Below, piece by piece: positions 46,154 to 57,201 of a stretch of 64,000 nucleotides of DNA. Numbering within the stretch: position 1 is the first letter of the stretch; each line of letters opens with the position of its first letter. The notes under the pieces were generated by a model. It had not been told where the DNA came from. It saw only the letters and a list, made by a program, of their open reading frames with translations, and did not search any database. The DNA comes from Nanobdellota archaeon. Lineage in GTDB: Archaea > Nanobdellota > Nanobdellia > Pacearchaeales > GW2011-AR1. The position numbers and the translations under genes are program-made. Location of the stretch: positions 19,226 to 83,225 of the forward strand of contig JAHIVP010000013.1 of NCBI GenBank assembly GCA_018816335.1, written 5' to 3'.

Positions 46154-46850
46154 TGTATTAATGCCTATGTTTAATGAACAAGACATAGTAGAAAATACAA
46201 AAGTTGTTGAGGACGAAATAAAAAAAACAGGATTAGACTATGAGATTATTATAGTAGATGATTGTTCAACTAATGACTGTTATTCTAAAGCAAGAAGCAT
46301 ACCTTCTAAAAAAGTTAAGGTCATAACTTACAAACCAAATAATGGGAAAGGATATGCTTTAATGCACGGATTTAAACACTCAACAGGAGATTATGTTATG
46401 TTTATTGACTCTGATTTAGATTTACATCCACGAACAATTCATAATTTTTTAGAATATCTCCCAAAATATGATATTGTTATAGGAAGTAAAAGACACCCAG
46501 AATCTAAAGTCCACTATCCAATAGCAAGAAAAATATTAAGCAGAGCAACACAACTAGCTGTCAAAACCCTCTTCAACCTAAATGTTAAAGACACTCAAGT
46601 AGGCTTAAAATTATTCAAAAGAGAAGTATTAGAAAAAGTTGTCCCAAAAATTTTAGTAAAAAGATGGGCATTTGATCTAGAACTTTTAGTAGTTGCGAAC
46701 AAAGAAAAATACAAAATAATCGAGCGCCCTATTGAACTAAATTTCAAATTTTCTTCAACAATAAAACCTCAGACAATTTTCTACAGCTTTCTAGATATGC
46801 TCGCTATATTTTATAGACTTAAAATATTGAGATATTATGATCAACAATGA
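46143..46850 (+). CDS. GT2 glycosyltransferase (polyprenol-phosphate hexosyltransferase-like)
   Basis: PMFNE, VDDCS, GKGYA, DSDL, DTQVG, FDLE. Confidence 0.9.
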   Translation: MKISVLMPMFNEQDIVENTKVVEDEIKKTGLDYEIIIVDDCSTNDCYSKARSIPSKKVKVITYKPNNGKGYALMHGFKHSTGDYVMFIDSDLDLHPRTIHNFLEYLPKYDIVIGSKRHPESKVHYPIARKILSRATQLAVKTLFNLNVKDTQVGLKLFKREVLEKVVPKILVKRWAFDLELLVVANKEKYKIIERPIELNFKFSSTIKPQTIFYSFLDMLAIFYRLKILRYYDQQ

Positions 46851-47821
46851 AATCAAAAATAATTTTTTCAATAATCATTCCTGTAAAAGAAATAAACCAA
46901 CATGTTTTAAACCACATCCCAATATTGTTAGATCTAAATTATCCCAAAGACAAGTATGAGATTTTAGTCTTACCTGATGAAGACAATAAAAAACTAAGAT
47001 TAATGGATGTAAAAATTATTCCTACTGGTTCAGCAGGGCCTGCCAAAAAAAGAGATTTAGGAACAAAACATTCAAAAGGAAAGTATCTAGTTTTTATCGA
47101 CGATGATGCATATCCTAAAAGAGATTACTTAAAAGTTGCAGAGAAGTTACTTGAAAATGAAAAAATAATCTCTGGCCCTAATTTAACTCCTCCTGAAAGT
47201 AATATTTGGCAAAAAGCTTCTGGAGGGGTTTTTTCAAACCTATTTGTAAGCGGGCCAGCAAGAGCAAGATACAGGAAAACTAAAAAAAAATATCTTGATG
47301 ATGCACCATCTTGTAATTTTATAATTGATAAAAATATATTTAATACCATTGGAGGATTTGATTCTGAATATTGGCCTGGTGAAGATTCTAAACTTTGTAA
47401 CGATCTTTTAGAAAAAGGATACACAATATTATATGATCCTGATTTAATAGTTTACCATCATAGAAGACCTTTGTTCAAAGAACATTTAAAACAAGTTTGG
47501 AGTTATTCGGTTCATAGGGGATATTTTGCTAAAAAATTCCCTACAAACTCAAGGAAAATAAAATACTTTCTTCCATCTCTCTTAATTTTTATAGGAGCAA
47601 TTCTTTTACTATTTTCATTCTTCTTTACATTTTTATTTCATTTCCTAATTACCTTGATCTTGATATTTTCTTTAATTACAGTCTTAGACTCAAAAGACCT
47701 TAAAAATATAAGAGTAATTATTTTAACCATAATAGGTTCTTTTTTAACCATAATAATATATGGCATTGGAATTTTAAGAGGATTATTAAAAAAAGACCTT
47801 AGAAGTAAGTATAGAAAATAG
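46847..47821 (+). CDS. GT2 glycosyltransferase with C-terminal TM helices
   Basis: IIIP, FIDDDA, GGFD, GED, VYHHRR. Confidence 0.88.
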   Translation: MKSKIIFSIIIPVKEINQHVLNHIPILLDLNYPKDKYEILVLPDEDNKKLRLMDVKIIPTGSAGPAKKRDLGTKHSKGKYLVFIDDDAYPKRDYLKVAEKLLENEKIISGPNLTPPESNIWQKASGGVFSNLFVSGPARARYRKTKKKYLDDAPSCNFIIDKNIFNTIGGFDSEYWPGEDSKLCNDLLEKGYTILYDPDLIVYHHRRPLFKEHLKQVWSYSVHRGYFAKKFPTNSRKIKYFLPSLLIFIGAILLLFSFFFTFLFHFLITLILIFSLITVLDSKDLKNIRVIILTIIGSFLTIIIYGIGILRGLLKKDLRSKYRK

Positions 47822-47860
47822 TATAGAAACATTTTTAATAACGACTCTTAACTCTATAAT

Positions 47861-49279
47861 ATGAAAGTTGTATTATTAAGCCCTCCACAAAATGACAAGA
47901 TGTTTCCATCTTTAGGAATTGCATATATTGGAGCAGTTCTTAAAAAATCTGGACATGATATCCTGATTATAGACGGAGCAGGAATTTCTCTTAAAGAAAT
48001 GATTGCCTCTATTAAAGATTATCATCCAGATATCGCAGGAATAACAATGAACACAACAAATAGATTTGATGTTCTAGAGTTAGCTAAACAAATCAAATCA
48101 AATCTAAAAATTCCAATTATTCTTGGAGGGCCACACCCAACTTTACTTCCAGACCAACTTCTAAAGAACTATAAATATATTGATTTTATTGTTAGGAATG
48201 AGGGAGAATACTCAACTTTAGAATTAGTTAATTCTCTAGAAAAAAAGAAAACATTCTCTAACATTAAAGGTATTTCATATAGAGATAACAATAAAGTAAT
48301 ACATAATCCTCCAGCAGAACCAATATTAGACTTAGATAAACTTCCATTTCCAGACTGGAGTTTTTTCAATTTGAAAAAATATTCAAAACAAGTAGAATAT
48401 CCAGAGAAATACAAAAAATATCCTGTGGGAAGTGTTATTAGCTCAAGAGGGTGTCCTTTTAGATGTACTTTTTGTTCTTCAAGCCAATTTTGGGGACATA
48501 AAAATAGATTAAGATCTCCAGAAAATATTATCGGAGAAATAAAAATGTTATATGGTTTAGGAATAAGATTTATTGTTTTTAATGATGATAACTTTTCATC
48601 AAATACAAAAAGAGCAATACAGATATGTAAATTAATGATAAAAGAAGGACTTTCTGAAAAAATGGGTTGGCAATGTAGAGCAGAAGTAAATGTTATGAAT
48701 GAAGAATTAATAAAATGGATGAAAAAAGCTAACTGTAACATGATTGAGTTTGGAATAGAAGATTGCACACAAGAAGGATTAAAATGGTTCAAAAAAAGCC
48801 ATACTCAGCAACAAGTTGACAAAGCATTTGATTTATGTAGAAAATATAAAATAAAAACAAAAAGTTATTTTATTGTTGGAGGAGATCACGAGACAAAAGA
48901 AAACATTAAAAGAAAAAAGAAATATATAGAAAATTTAAATCCTGATATTACTACAGCATCAATTCTTCTAGCATACCCAGGAACAGAAGTTTATGATCTA
49001 GGAAAAAATCAAAAATTATTTGATGAGTCTGTATGGTTAGATAATTGTGTAGGTGAAAAATTCCATAGTCGAGCACCAATATATACAGGCCCACACTTAA
49101 GTTACTCTGAATTAATTTCTGCATCTGCAGATATCAATTATTGGTGGGGAAGAAAAAAAGGACAATATGGGATAAAAGATAATATAAAAATTGCAGTAGA
49201 TATGTTAAAACAAGGAGATATCAATAAATTATTTAGAATGAGTCTTGCAGTTATAAAACAAAAACTTTCTTTCAAATGA
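47861..49279 (+). CDS. B12-binding radical SAM protein
   Basis: SLGIAYI, GGPHPT, EGE, SRGCPFRCTFC. Confidence 0.92.
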   Translation: MKVVLLSPPQNDKMFPSLGIAYIGAVLKKSGHDILIIDGAGISLKEMIASIKDYHPDIAGITMNTTNRFDVLELAKQIKSNLKIPIILGGPHPTLLPDQLLKNYKYIDFIVRNEGEYSTLELVNSLEKKKTFSNIKGISYRDNNKVIHNPPAEPILDLDKLPFPDWSFFNLKKYSKQVEYPEKYKKYPVGSVISSRGCPFRCTFCSSSQFWGHKNRLRSPENIIGEIKMLYGLGIRFIVFNDDNFSSNTKRAIQICKLMIKEGLSEKMGWQCRAEVNVMNEELIKWMKKANCNMIEFGIEDCTQEGLKWFKKSHTQQQVDKAFDLCRKYKIKTKSYFIVGGDHETKENIKRKKKYIENLNPDITTASILLAYPGTEVYDLGKNQKLFDESVWLDNCVGEKFHSRAPIYTGPHLSYSELISASADINYWWGRKKGQYGIKDNIKIAVDMLKQGDINKLFRMSLAVIKQKLSFK

Positions 49280-50211
49280 AACTCTCTATAATCCTCCCCA
49301 CCTACAACAATGAAAAAACAATAGAAGAATGTCTAAATTCTATTTTCTCTCAAAAATTCCCTAAACAAGATTTTGAAGTTTTATTTTTAGACGGAGGTTC
49401 AACAGATAACACATTAAAAATTGCAAAAACATTTCCAGTAAAAATAATAAATAATCCTAAAAGAAATGAAGAAGCAGCAAGAATTTTAGGAATAAAAAAA
49501 TCAAAAGGTGAAATATTAGCTTTTATCGACGCTGATAATATTTTAGTTGGAAATGATTGGTTTAAAAAAATGCTTCAACCTTTCAAAGAAAAAGATATAG
49601 CATTTGCAGACACTTTATATTATTCTTTTAGAAAATCAGATAAACTTGGGGTGAGATATCAAGCTCTAATCGGGGGAGATGACCCAATTGTTTCTTATTT
49701 AGGCTTTTATTCAAGATGGAATTACCATAAAAATAACTGGACAGATTTTCCTTATGAAAACCAAGATAAAGGAGATTATCTAAAAATCTCACTTTCAAAC
49801 AAAGAAAAAGTTCCAGCAATGGGTTCTAATGGTTTTTTAGTAAGAACATCAATAGCAAAAAAATTTATAAAAGACACATTCATACACTCAGACTTTGTCT
49901 ATGATTTAATAAACAACAACCACAATTGTTTTGCTAAAGTTAAAACAGGAATTATTCACAATCAACCCAAATTCTTCTCAAACAAAATTAGAAGAATGCA
50001 AAGAAGACAAACAAAAGAAATTAAAATAAAATATAATTACAATATCAAAAAATCAAAAACTCTCTTAACAGCTATATACATATTACTAATTATTCCTTTA
50101 ATTATTGATACAATTGTTGGTTATATAAGAAAAAAAGATTCTGCATGGCTCTTCCACACTCCAGCAACATTAATATTATTTTTTATGTATCTTTATTATA
50201 GTGTTAGATAA
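49276..50211 (+). CDS. GT2 glycosyltransferase
   Basis: PTYN, DGGSTD, FIDAD. Confidence 0.88.
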   Translation: MKLSIILPTYNNEKTIEECLNSIFSQKFPKQDFEVLFLDGGSTDNTLKIAKTFPVKIINNPKRNEEAARILGIKKSKGEILAFIDADNILVGNDWFKKMLQPFKEKDIAFADTLYYSFRKSDKLGVRYQALIGGDDPIVSYLGFYSRWNYHKNNWTDFPYENQDKGDYLKISLSNKEKVPAMGSNGFLVRTSIAKKFIKDTFIHSDFVYDLINNNHNCFAKVKTGIIHNQPKFFSNKIRRMQRRQTKEIKIKYNYNIKKSKTLLTAIYILLIIPLIIDTIVGYIRKKDSAWLFHTPATLILFFMYLYYSVR

Positions 50212-50737
50212 CTTTCAACTTCAACTCAATCTCTCCAACAGGAAAAATCCAACAAAGAAATCTCTCATACATCATCTTAGGGATAATATTATAAAACCAA
50301 CTACAAGTTGTATTAGCAATTGCATGCTCAACACTCAAAAAATTATATCTCCTCTTAACTATCTTCAAATTAAGTTTTTCTCCCATATATCCATTAATTA
50401 AATGCTCAAATGTAAACCATCCAAAAAATCTCTTATGAGTAGGATCATTATAACCAATACCATTTGAAAAATGAGGAACTCTTATATGAATAATCCCTCC
50501 CTTCTTTGTAACTCTAACTAACTCTTTCAATGTCTTCATCAAATCTTCAACATGTTCAAGAATATGTGAACAATAAACTAAATCAAATTCTTCTTTCTTA
50601 AAAGGATAAGGAAATTTATCTAAATTATGTTTAACATCAACCTTATAATCAGAATTAAAATCTAAATTAACCCAATCCACACTCTCACTTGATTTCTTAT
50701 AATCTTTACCACTACCAATATTTAAGAATTTTTTCAT
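50204..50737 (-). CDS. Class I SAM-dependent methyltransferase
   Basis: LNIGSG, FDLVYCSHILEH, KKGG..RVPH, DPTH. Confidence 0.88.
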   Translation of the reverse strand: MKKFLNIGSGKDYKKSSESVDWVNLDFNSDYKVDVKHNLDKFPYPFKKEEFDLVYCSHILEHVEDLMKTLKELVRVTKKGGIIHIRVPHFSNGIGYNDPTHKRFFGWFTFEHLINGYMGEKLNLKIVKRRYNFLSVEHAIANTTCSWFYNIIPKMMYERFLCWIFPVGEIELKLKVI

Positions 50738-50739
50738 TA

Positions 50740-52587
50740 TTACTCAGGAAATTTATATATTATTAATAACGGACTTCCAACCTGTCCATACATTGCAGCT
50801 TGTTCAGGAGTTACAGCCCAAACCTGAACAACAGTTAGATTATGTTTCTCAGGATAACTATAAGCCCACACAGGAGTAAAATGAGGTTCAAATACAGATA
50901 AAATCATATATTGTGGTTTCAATCCTTCAACTTTTTTCTCAAACAAATCAGTCATCCCTGAAATACAACTATCATTATAAATAAAACCTGTATCTCTATC
51001 AGTACAGATAGTCAAAAATGGATCCTTCACAAAATAATCATAACTCTGTCTCTCTGAATAATACTGGTTCTGCACTATAGAAGCAGTCATAATTTTATCA
51101 TCAGGATTAGAATTCATCTTCAACCACTCCCCTCCAAGCTTAATCTCATTATAAGTTAACTTTTTCATTTCTGTTAGTTGTATACTATGATTATAATTCT
51201 CATAAACTCCTCCAAAAATCAAAACTAACAAAACTCCAATTGCAATTATCTCACTATATTTTTTTAATATATCATATAACCCAATAACTCCTTTAGCAGC
51301 AATATAAAAAAGAGGAGGCATTAACATCAACAACCATCTATCATTAGCTGCTCTGAATATCACAACATAAAAAATCAAGTGAACTAAAAGAAGCAACACA
51401 ACAAAAAAGTCAGCATTCAATCTTTTACTTTTTTGTTTCCATAAAACATCTAATCCTAAAACCAATGGAATTAAAGTTATCAATCCTAAAACCAAAGCAA
51501 TCAACCAATAATTATGTAAAAAACTCGTCAACATCGGAACAATATACCAAGCAATAGGTTGATGAACAGAATAAGCTTCCTCTCCAAAATAAAACCTAAT
51601 AAACTCAAACCTTGAAGAAATCATAAATATCAAATAAGGAATAATAGAGATAATAAAAACTACAACCCCTTTCCAAATTGTTTTATCTTTAAACAAAGCC
51701 AACTTTCTTGTAAACAACAAATAAATAGCTATTGTTATCAAAACCAAAGCCAAAGCAAATCTTGCTGAAAAAGCCAATACTCCAAAAACTATAGATAAGT
51801 ATAATCCATAGTTTTTATTTTTTTTAATATAATAACTCCAAAAAAACAACAAAGACAACATCCCAAAAAACACAGACGGAATATCAGTCAAAAGTCTAAA
51901 AGAATAAAAAAACCAAACCCAATAAAAAGACATCATAATAGAAGCTATTAATCCAACTCTTTTATCATACAAATTTCTTCCTAAAGCATAAACCAAATAA
52001 GTTGTAACAATTCCAGGAATTAGTAATGTAAAAAATCTAATTGTAAGTTCTCCAAATCCAAATTTGAAAAAACCAGCCCATATAATTGGCATTAACAAAG
52101 GTCTCATCCCAGTAAAATGACCCCACCACTCAGGAGTTGCCTGCCCAATTGCCCAAACTTTGGAAATTGCTAAATAATCCCCTTCATCCCACCATATTGG
52201 CTGCACCCCCAACCTAAAAAAATAATAAACTCTGATTATAATCACAAAAGCCATCAACAAAATCAATATCAAACTATACTTATTTTTCAAAAGAGCTTTA
52301 ATTCTATCCTCAATCTTCACCTCTCCTCTTTTATCACCTACAAAATCCTCAGGTTGATCGCGCGTAGGCGCGTCTTGGGATTCATGGCTTCTCTTTAGAG
52401 TAGACATGCTCGGGGACTTTGTCTCCGTTGTTTTGGCGCCGGAAACCTCTGGTTTACGAGCGTTTATTATCTCTTCTGTTTCAGAACTTTCTTTCTTTTC
52501 ATTAACTACTTCTTCTTTTGTTTCAGTTCTTTCATTATTAATTGATTCTTCTACTACTTTTTCAGAATCAGAACCCTCATTTTCCAT
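50740..52587 (-). CDS. GT-C (PMT/ArnT, GT39/83-like) glycosyltransferase
   Basis: WWDEGDY, RPLL, RLLTDIP, DRWLL; multiple TM helices; acidic N-terminal extension containing a repeat insertion. Confidence 0.85.
   Translation of the reverse strand: MENEGSDSEKVVEESINNERTETKEEVVNEKKESSETEEIINARKPEVSGAKTTETKSPSMSTLKRSHESQDAPTRDQPEDFVGDKRGEVKIEDRIKALLKNKYSLILILLMAFVIIIRVYYFFRLGVQPIWWDEGDYLAISKVWAIGQATPEWWGHFTGMRPLLMPIIWAGFFKFGFGELTIRFFTLLIPGIVTTYLVYALGRNLYDKRVGLIASIMMSFYWVWFFYSFRLLTDIPSVFFGMLSLLFFWSYYIKKNKNYGLYLSIVFGVLAFSARFALALVLITIAIYLLFTRKLALFKDKTIWKGVVVFIISIIPYLIFMISSRFEFIRFYFGEEAYSVHQPIAWYIVPMLTSFLHNYWLIALVLGLITLIPLVLGLDVLWKQKSKRLNADFFVVLLLLVHLIFYVVIFRAANDRWLLMLMPPLFYIAAKGVIGLYDILKKYSEIIAIGVLLVLIFGGVYENYNHSIQLTEMKKLTYNEIKLGGEWLKMNSNPDDKIMTASIVQNQYYSERQSYDYFVKDPFLTICTDRDTGFIYNDSCISGMTDLFEKKVEGLKPQYMILSVFEPHFTPVWAYSYPEKHNLTVVQVWAVTPEQAAMYGQVGSPLLIIYKFPE
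52336..52464 (-). repeat. In-frame multi-hairpin insertion (43 codons)
   Basis: NARKPEVSGA...PEDFVG; local GC island with CGCGC-GTAG-GCGCG; both ends homologous to 39454..39519. Confidence 0.65.
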
Positions 52588-52626
52588 AATAAATAATTAT
52601 TTAAACTATATATAAACATATTCATT

Positions 52627-54129
52627 ATGACACAAAAACCAAAAATTTTATTAATAAATCCACCATTATCAGGAAGTTTAACCTCTGGAATCTTCACAGT
52701 AAAAGTTCCACTAGGTTTAGCTTACATTGCTTCTTATTTAGAAAAACACAACTTCAAACCAGAAATATTAGATTGTATGGCTTATTATGAAAACATAAAA
52801 AAATTATCAAAAAACAATTACAGAATCGGACTTTCTGAAAAAGAGATAATAAAAAAATTAAAACAATTTAATCCAGATATTGTAGGAGTTTCAGGATCAT
52901 ACACAATCCATGAAAAAGACTCATTTGCAATTGCAGACCTAGTTAAAAAACACACAAAAGCTTTAGTAGTTTTTGGAGGAGCACACACTTCAGCAATTCC
53001 ACACTCAGTTCTAAAAAACAAAAATGTAGATATAGCAGTAATTGGAGAAGGAGAATTAACATTCTTAGATATAGTAAAAAATCACAAAACCAAAAAATTA
53101 TACAATCTCAAAGGAATTGCTTTTAGAAAACAAAAATCCATCAAAATAAATCCAATAAAAGAATATATTGAAAATCTTGATGACCTTCCATTTCCAGCAC
53201 ATCATTTGCTTCCAATGGAAAAATACCTCAAACATCCTCAAAACTCTTTTGCAAATATGAGGGGTCCTACTACAGAAATAATAACATCTAGGGGATGTCC
53301 ATATAATTGCATATTTTGTTCAATTCACACTGTCTGGGGAAAAAAATGGAGAGCTCGTTCAGCTAAAAATGTTGTAGACGAATTAGAACACCTTCACAAA
53401 AAATACAAAATAAAAGAATTTAGATTTTTTGATGATAATCTTACTTGGAAAAAAGATAGAATAATGGAGATTTGTAATGAGATAATTCAAAGAAAACTAA
53501 AAATAAAATGGGACACTCCAAACGGAGTTGCAATTGCAACACTAGATGAGGAAGTTCTCAAAAAAATGAAACAAGCTGGATATTACAAAATTGTTATGGG
53601 AATAGAATCAGGCTCAGAACAAACACTAAGATTCATGAGAAAACCAGTCATGCTAAAAAAAGCTAGAGAAATAATAAAAATATGTAACAAACTTGGAATC
53701 TGGACATGGTCAACCTTTGTTATAGGATTCCCTGATGAATCTATAAAAGAAATTCAAAAAACAATTGATTTCTCAAAAAACTCAGGATTAAATTTTGCAA
53801 CTTTTTATATTGCCCAACCTTATGAAGGAACAGATATGTATGATGTTTACAAGAAAAAAGGATTACTAAAAGACGGACTATCAAACCAAAGTTCAGTAAC
53901 AAACTCAAAATATGACACAAACCATTTTACTGCAGAACAATTAGCAAAAATACAAAAAAATGCATATTCAGGATTCATTAAACATCGTATGATTTCTTAT
54001 CTAAATCCAATAAAACTCTATAAAGAATTTCTAAACAGAATCAAATCTTTCGAAGATTTATATTATGTTTTAAGAATGTTTAAGAATTTAGTTGGGAAGG
54101 AGTACTCTCCTATTTATCAAAAAGACTAA
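52627..54129 (+). CDS. B12-binding radical SAM protein
   Basis: PLGLAYIA, GGAH, GEGE, SRGCPYNCIFC, GIESGS. Confidence 0.92.
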   Translation: MTQKPKILLINPPLSGSLTSGIFTVKVPLGLAYIASYLEKHNFKPEILDCMAYYENIKKLSKNNYRIGLSEKEIIKKLKQFNPDIVGVSGSYTIHEKDSFAIADLVKKHTKALVVFGGAHTSAIPHSVLKNKNVDIAVIGEGELTFLDIVKNHKTKKLYNLKGIAFRKQKSIKINPIKEYIENLDDLPFPAHHLLPMEKYLKHPQNSFANMRGPTTEIITSRGCPYNCIFCSIHTVWGKKWRARSAKNVVDELEHLHKKYKIKEFRFFDDNLTWKKDRIMEICNEIIQRKLKIKWDTPNGVAIATLDEEVLKKMKQAGYYKIVMGIESGSEQTLRFMRKPVMLKKAREIIKICNKLGIWTWSTFVIGFPDESIKEIQKTIDFSKNSGLNFATFYIAQPYEGTDMYDVYKKKGLLKDGLSNQSSVTNSKYDTNHFTAEQLAKIQKNAYSGFIKHRMISYLNPIKLYKEFLNRIKSFEDLYYVLRMFKNLVGKEYSPIYQKD

Positions 54130-55017
54130 TCACTTAGTACTCTCAATCCTAGTCCATATATCTTCAAACTTCCAAGTATTCTTATTAATATCCTTAAATA
54201 TCCTATACCATAAATAAATCCTAGCAAACACAAGCCCAATTGTCCAAAAAATCTCTTTCAAACTCCTAGGAAATCTCAAAACAAAAAATATTCCTTTAGA
54301 TTCCTTGCTCACAGACCTATCAACTTCTTGCTTAAAAATATACTTTATCTGATTATATCCTCCAGCACTTCTTCTCTTCTGAGAAATCCAATCTTTGAAA
54401 ATAGTAGGATACTTCACATTAACAATTGCTTCAGGCTCATAAATTACTTTATACTTTTTATTATAAATCATATAAGAAATCAAAGCATCATCTGACAATG
54501 TATCTTTAGGAATTTCTTTCACAACTCCAGCTCTTATTGAATATAAATATCCAGAACAAGCCATAACCCCTTTCTCATGATTCAGCCTCTGTTTATGAAC
54601 AGCACTAGTCAACAAATGAGCCCAATACCCAAACTTATTATTCCTTGAATTAGTAGGAATCGGATGCCCACAAACAGCTCCAACTTTTTTATCTTCAAAT
54701 CTCTTCAAAAATAAATTAACACAACCATCATTAACAAAAACATCTCCATCACTTAATATCAAAATCTCTCCTTTAACTTCCTTAAAAATCATATTCAAAG
54801 CAATCGGTTTTCCTTTTCCAGGATCTTTAAAATACTTAATCTGTTTATATTTTTTCTGATACTTCCTAATCACTTCTCTAGTTTCTTCATCAGGACAAGC
54901 AGCAATCAATTCATAAGGAACTTTAATATCTTGCTTAACAAAACTCTCAATTGCCTTTCCAATTGTCTTTGGTTCTTTCCATGCAGTTATTATAATGCTC
55001 AACTTTAATTTAGCCAT
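54130..55017 (-). CDS. GT2 glycosyltransferase
   Basis: GKPIALN, SDGD, SDD, QKRR motifs. Confidence 0.87.
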   Translation of the reverse strand: MAKLKLSIIITAWKEPKTIGKAIESFVKQDIKVPYELIAACPDEETREVIRKYQKKYKQIKYFKDPGKGKPIALNMIFKEVKGEILILSDGDVFVNDGCVNLFLKRFEDKKVGAVCGHPIPTNSRNNKFGYWAHLLTSAVHKQRLNHEKGVMACSGYLYSIRAGVVKEIPKDTLSDDALISYMIYNKKYKVIYEPEAIVNVKYPTIFKDWISQKRRSAGGYNQIKYIFKQEVDRSVSKESKGIFFVLRFPRSLKEIFWTIGLVFARIYLWYRIFKDINKNTWKFEDIWTRIESTK

Positions 55018-56122
55018 CAATAATCTTCTCCAAATCTTTAATTAAAATACTCCACTTAAATCTCTCAGCAAATTTTCTTGTATCTTTCTGAATTTTCTCA
55101 ATTATTTTAATATTATTCTTATCTAAAACATATTCAAGTTTTGATTTTAAATCTTTATAATCATCTAACTCAAACAAAAAACCATTCTTACCATTTTTTA
55201 TTATATCAACTGCTCCTTTTGTTTTACTAGCAATTACAATCTTTCCTAAAGCCATTGTTTCAATCAAAGCTTGAGGCATAGCCTCTCTTTTGCTAGGCAA
55301 AACAAAAACATCTGCTTCCTGAATCTTTTTAATTTTCTTTTTCAAATCATACACAGGATCATTAAAATTTATATTTTTAGCATCTAATTTTTTTACTAAT
55401 TCTTTTAATTCTTCTAAATAATCTTCTTCTGCAGGACCTACAATATCTAAATTTATATCTTTGATTTCAGAAATAGCTTTAATTAAAACTTCTAGATTTT
55501 TTATTGGAGCTATTCTTCCTAAAAATAAAACTTTTTTTCCTCTAAACTTTTTCACTTGTTCCTTGAAAAACTCATCAGGAATTCCATTTGGAATATAAAC
55601 AATTTTTTCTTCAGGACATCTGAGTTCTAACAAATAAGGTTTTTCCCAATAAGTGATAGCAATAACTTTATCATATTTACTAAAATTTTTCTTAAACATC
55701 AAATCATATAACTTAACTCCTAACTCTAACTTTTTACTTCTCAACCCTTTTTCCACAAATGGAGCATGAGTAACTAAATAACACTTAGCTCCGTGTTTCT
55801 TAGCCAAATCTAATCCTTGATTTGTATGAGGATGCCTATAAACATGAACAATAACAATATCTGGCTTTAACTCTGCAAACTCTTTTTTAAAATTCCAAAA
55901 ATGTGCATTCTCTCCAACAGACAATTTAACAGGAAATCTTCTAATCTTCACCCCTTCCCACTCATCTTTATCAGGAACCTTTTTATTACTCCCTTTTTCA
56001 ATATCTGAAGAAAACACATAAACTTCATGCCCTGCTTTTTTTAACAATCTAGCCTCAGAAAAAACCCTTGTCCAAACTCCACAAACTCCTGCAGAATACG
56101 GACATATCTCTAAAATCTTCAT
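55010..56122 (-). CDS. GT4 (GT-B) glycosyltransferase
   Basis: IPNGI, FLGRIAPIKN, LPSKREAMPQALIETMA. Confidence 0.92.
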   Translation of the reverse strand: MKILEICPYSAGVCGVWTRVFSEARLLKKAGHEVYVFSSDIEKGSNKKVPDKDEWEGVKIRRFPVKLSVGENAHFWNFKKEFAELKPDIVIVHVYRHPHTNQGLDLAKKHGAKCYLVTHAPFVEKGLRSKKLELGVKLYDLMFKKNFSKYDKVIAITYWEKPYLLELRCPEEKIVYIPNGIPDEFFKEQVKKFRGKKVLFLGRIAPIKNLEVLIKAISEIKDINLDIVGPAEEDYLEELKELVKKLDAKNINFNDPVYDLKKKIKKIQEADVFVLPSKREAMPQALIETMALGKIVIASKTKGAVDIIKNGKNGFLFELDDYKDLKSKLEYVLDKNNIKIIEKIQKDTRKFAERFKWSILIKDLEKIIDG

Positions 56123-56171
56123 TTTATTCCAGTATCATTAATTTTATAAAACCCCTCCTGTTTTAAAGCTT

Positions 56172-57200
56172 ATGAATTTAAAATACCTCTTTAAAGAGTA
56201 TAAATACTACAAAAAATTAGGAGGGCTAAAAAATATATTTGTTAAATTTATATTTTCAAAAACTCCCTTAAAAAAAGTTGTCAATTCTTCTTTTTATAAT
56301 AAATATTATTCTAATATGATTAACAAAAAATCCAAGAAATCTAATACAAAATTCCTCCAAATTGAAAACACAAATCTTTGTAATGCAACCTGTGTTATGT
56401 GTCCTCATGTATCAATGAAAAGAAAAAAAACAACCATGTCTTTTGAAGACTTTAAAAAAATCACAAAAAATGTTATAGATCATGAAAAGATAAAAGTTGT
56501 GATAATAACTGGATTTGGTGAACCTTTCTTAGATAAAACAATAGTTGATAAAATAAAATGGTTAAATCAAAACTACCCAGATATTAAAATAGATATCTAT
56601 ACAAATGTCTCAATGTTAACTCCAAAAATAACAGACAAATTACTAGAACTGAAAATCCACAAAATAAATTTTTCAGTAAATGGAACAGAAAAGGTTTACA
56701 ATAAAATAATGGGTTTAGATTACGAAAAAACAAAAGAACATATAAATTATTTTTATGAACAAAAGAAAAAACTAAACAAAAAGTTCCCTCTAACAAACAT
56801 CTCTTTAATGATTATAAAAGACAACGAAGCAGAAATAAAAAAATTCATTAATTTTTGGAATAACAAATCAGATTCTATTATGGTTTATATTCCATCTGAT
56901 TGGGCAGGCAAAAAAAAGATTGATTATGTATCTGAAATTCCATTTAAGAAAAAAAGATGGCCATGTCCAGCTTTATGGCAATTTATAACCGTAGATGTGG
57001 AAGGAAATCTAATTATGTGTTGCAGAGATTATGAATCTATTATAAAATTTGGAAACCTTCTTAAAAATAATATTAAAGAAATTAAAAATTCAAATAAATT
57101 TAAAGACTTACAACAAAAACATCTTGACTTTAATTTTTCAACACCTGTATGTTCAACATGTGACAATGCTTATGATTCAAGTCTAAACTGGTTTAATTAA
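56172..57200 (+). CDS. Radical SAM protein with SPASM/twitch domain
   Basis: CNATCVMC, GFGEP, C..LW...G...CC.D, CSTC. Confidence 0.9.
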   Translation: MNLKYLFKEYKYYKKLGGLKNIFVKFIFSKTPLKKVVNSSFYNKYYSNMINKKSKKSNTKFLQIENTNLCNATCVMCPHVSMKRKKTTMSFEDFKKITKNVIDHEKIKVVIITGFGEPFLDKTIVDKIKWLNQNYPDIKIDIYTNVSMLTPKITDKLLELKIHKINFSVNGTEKVYNKIMGLDYEKTKEHINYFYEQKKKLNKKFPLTNISLMIIKDNEAEIKKFINFWNNKSDSIMVYIPSDWAGKKKIDYVSEIPFKKKRWPCPALWQFITVDVEGNLIMCCRDYESIIKFGNLLKNNIKEIKNSNKFKDLQQKHLDFNFSTPVCSTCDNAYDSSLNWFN

Positions 57201-57201
57201 A

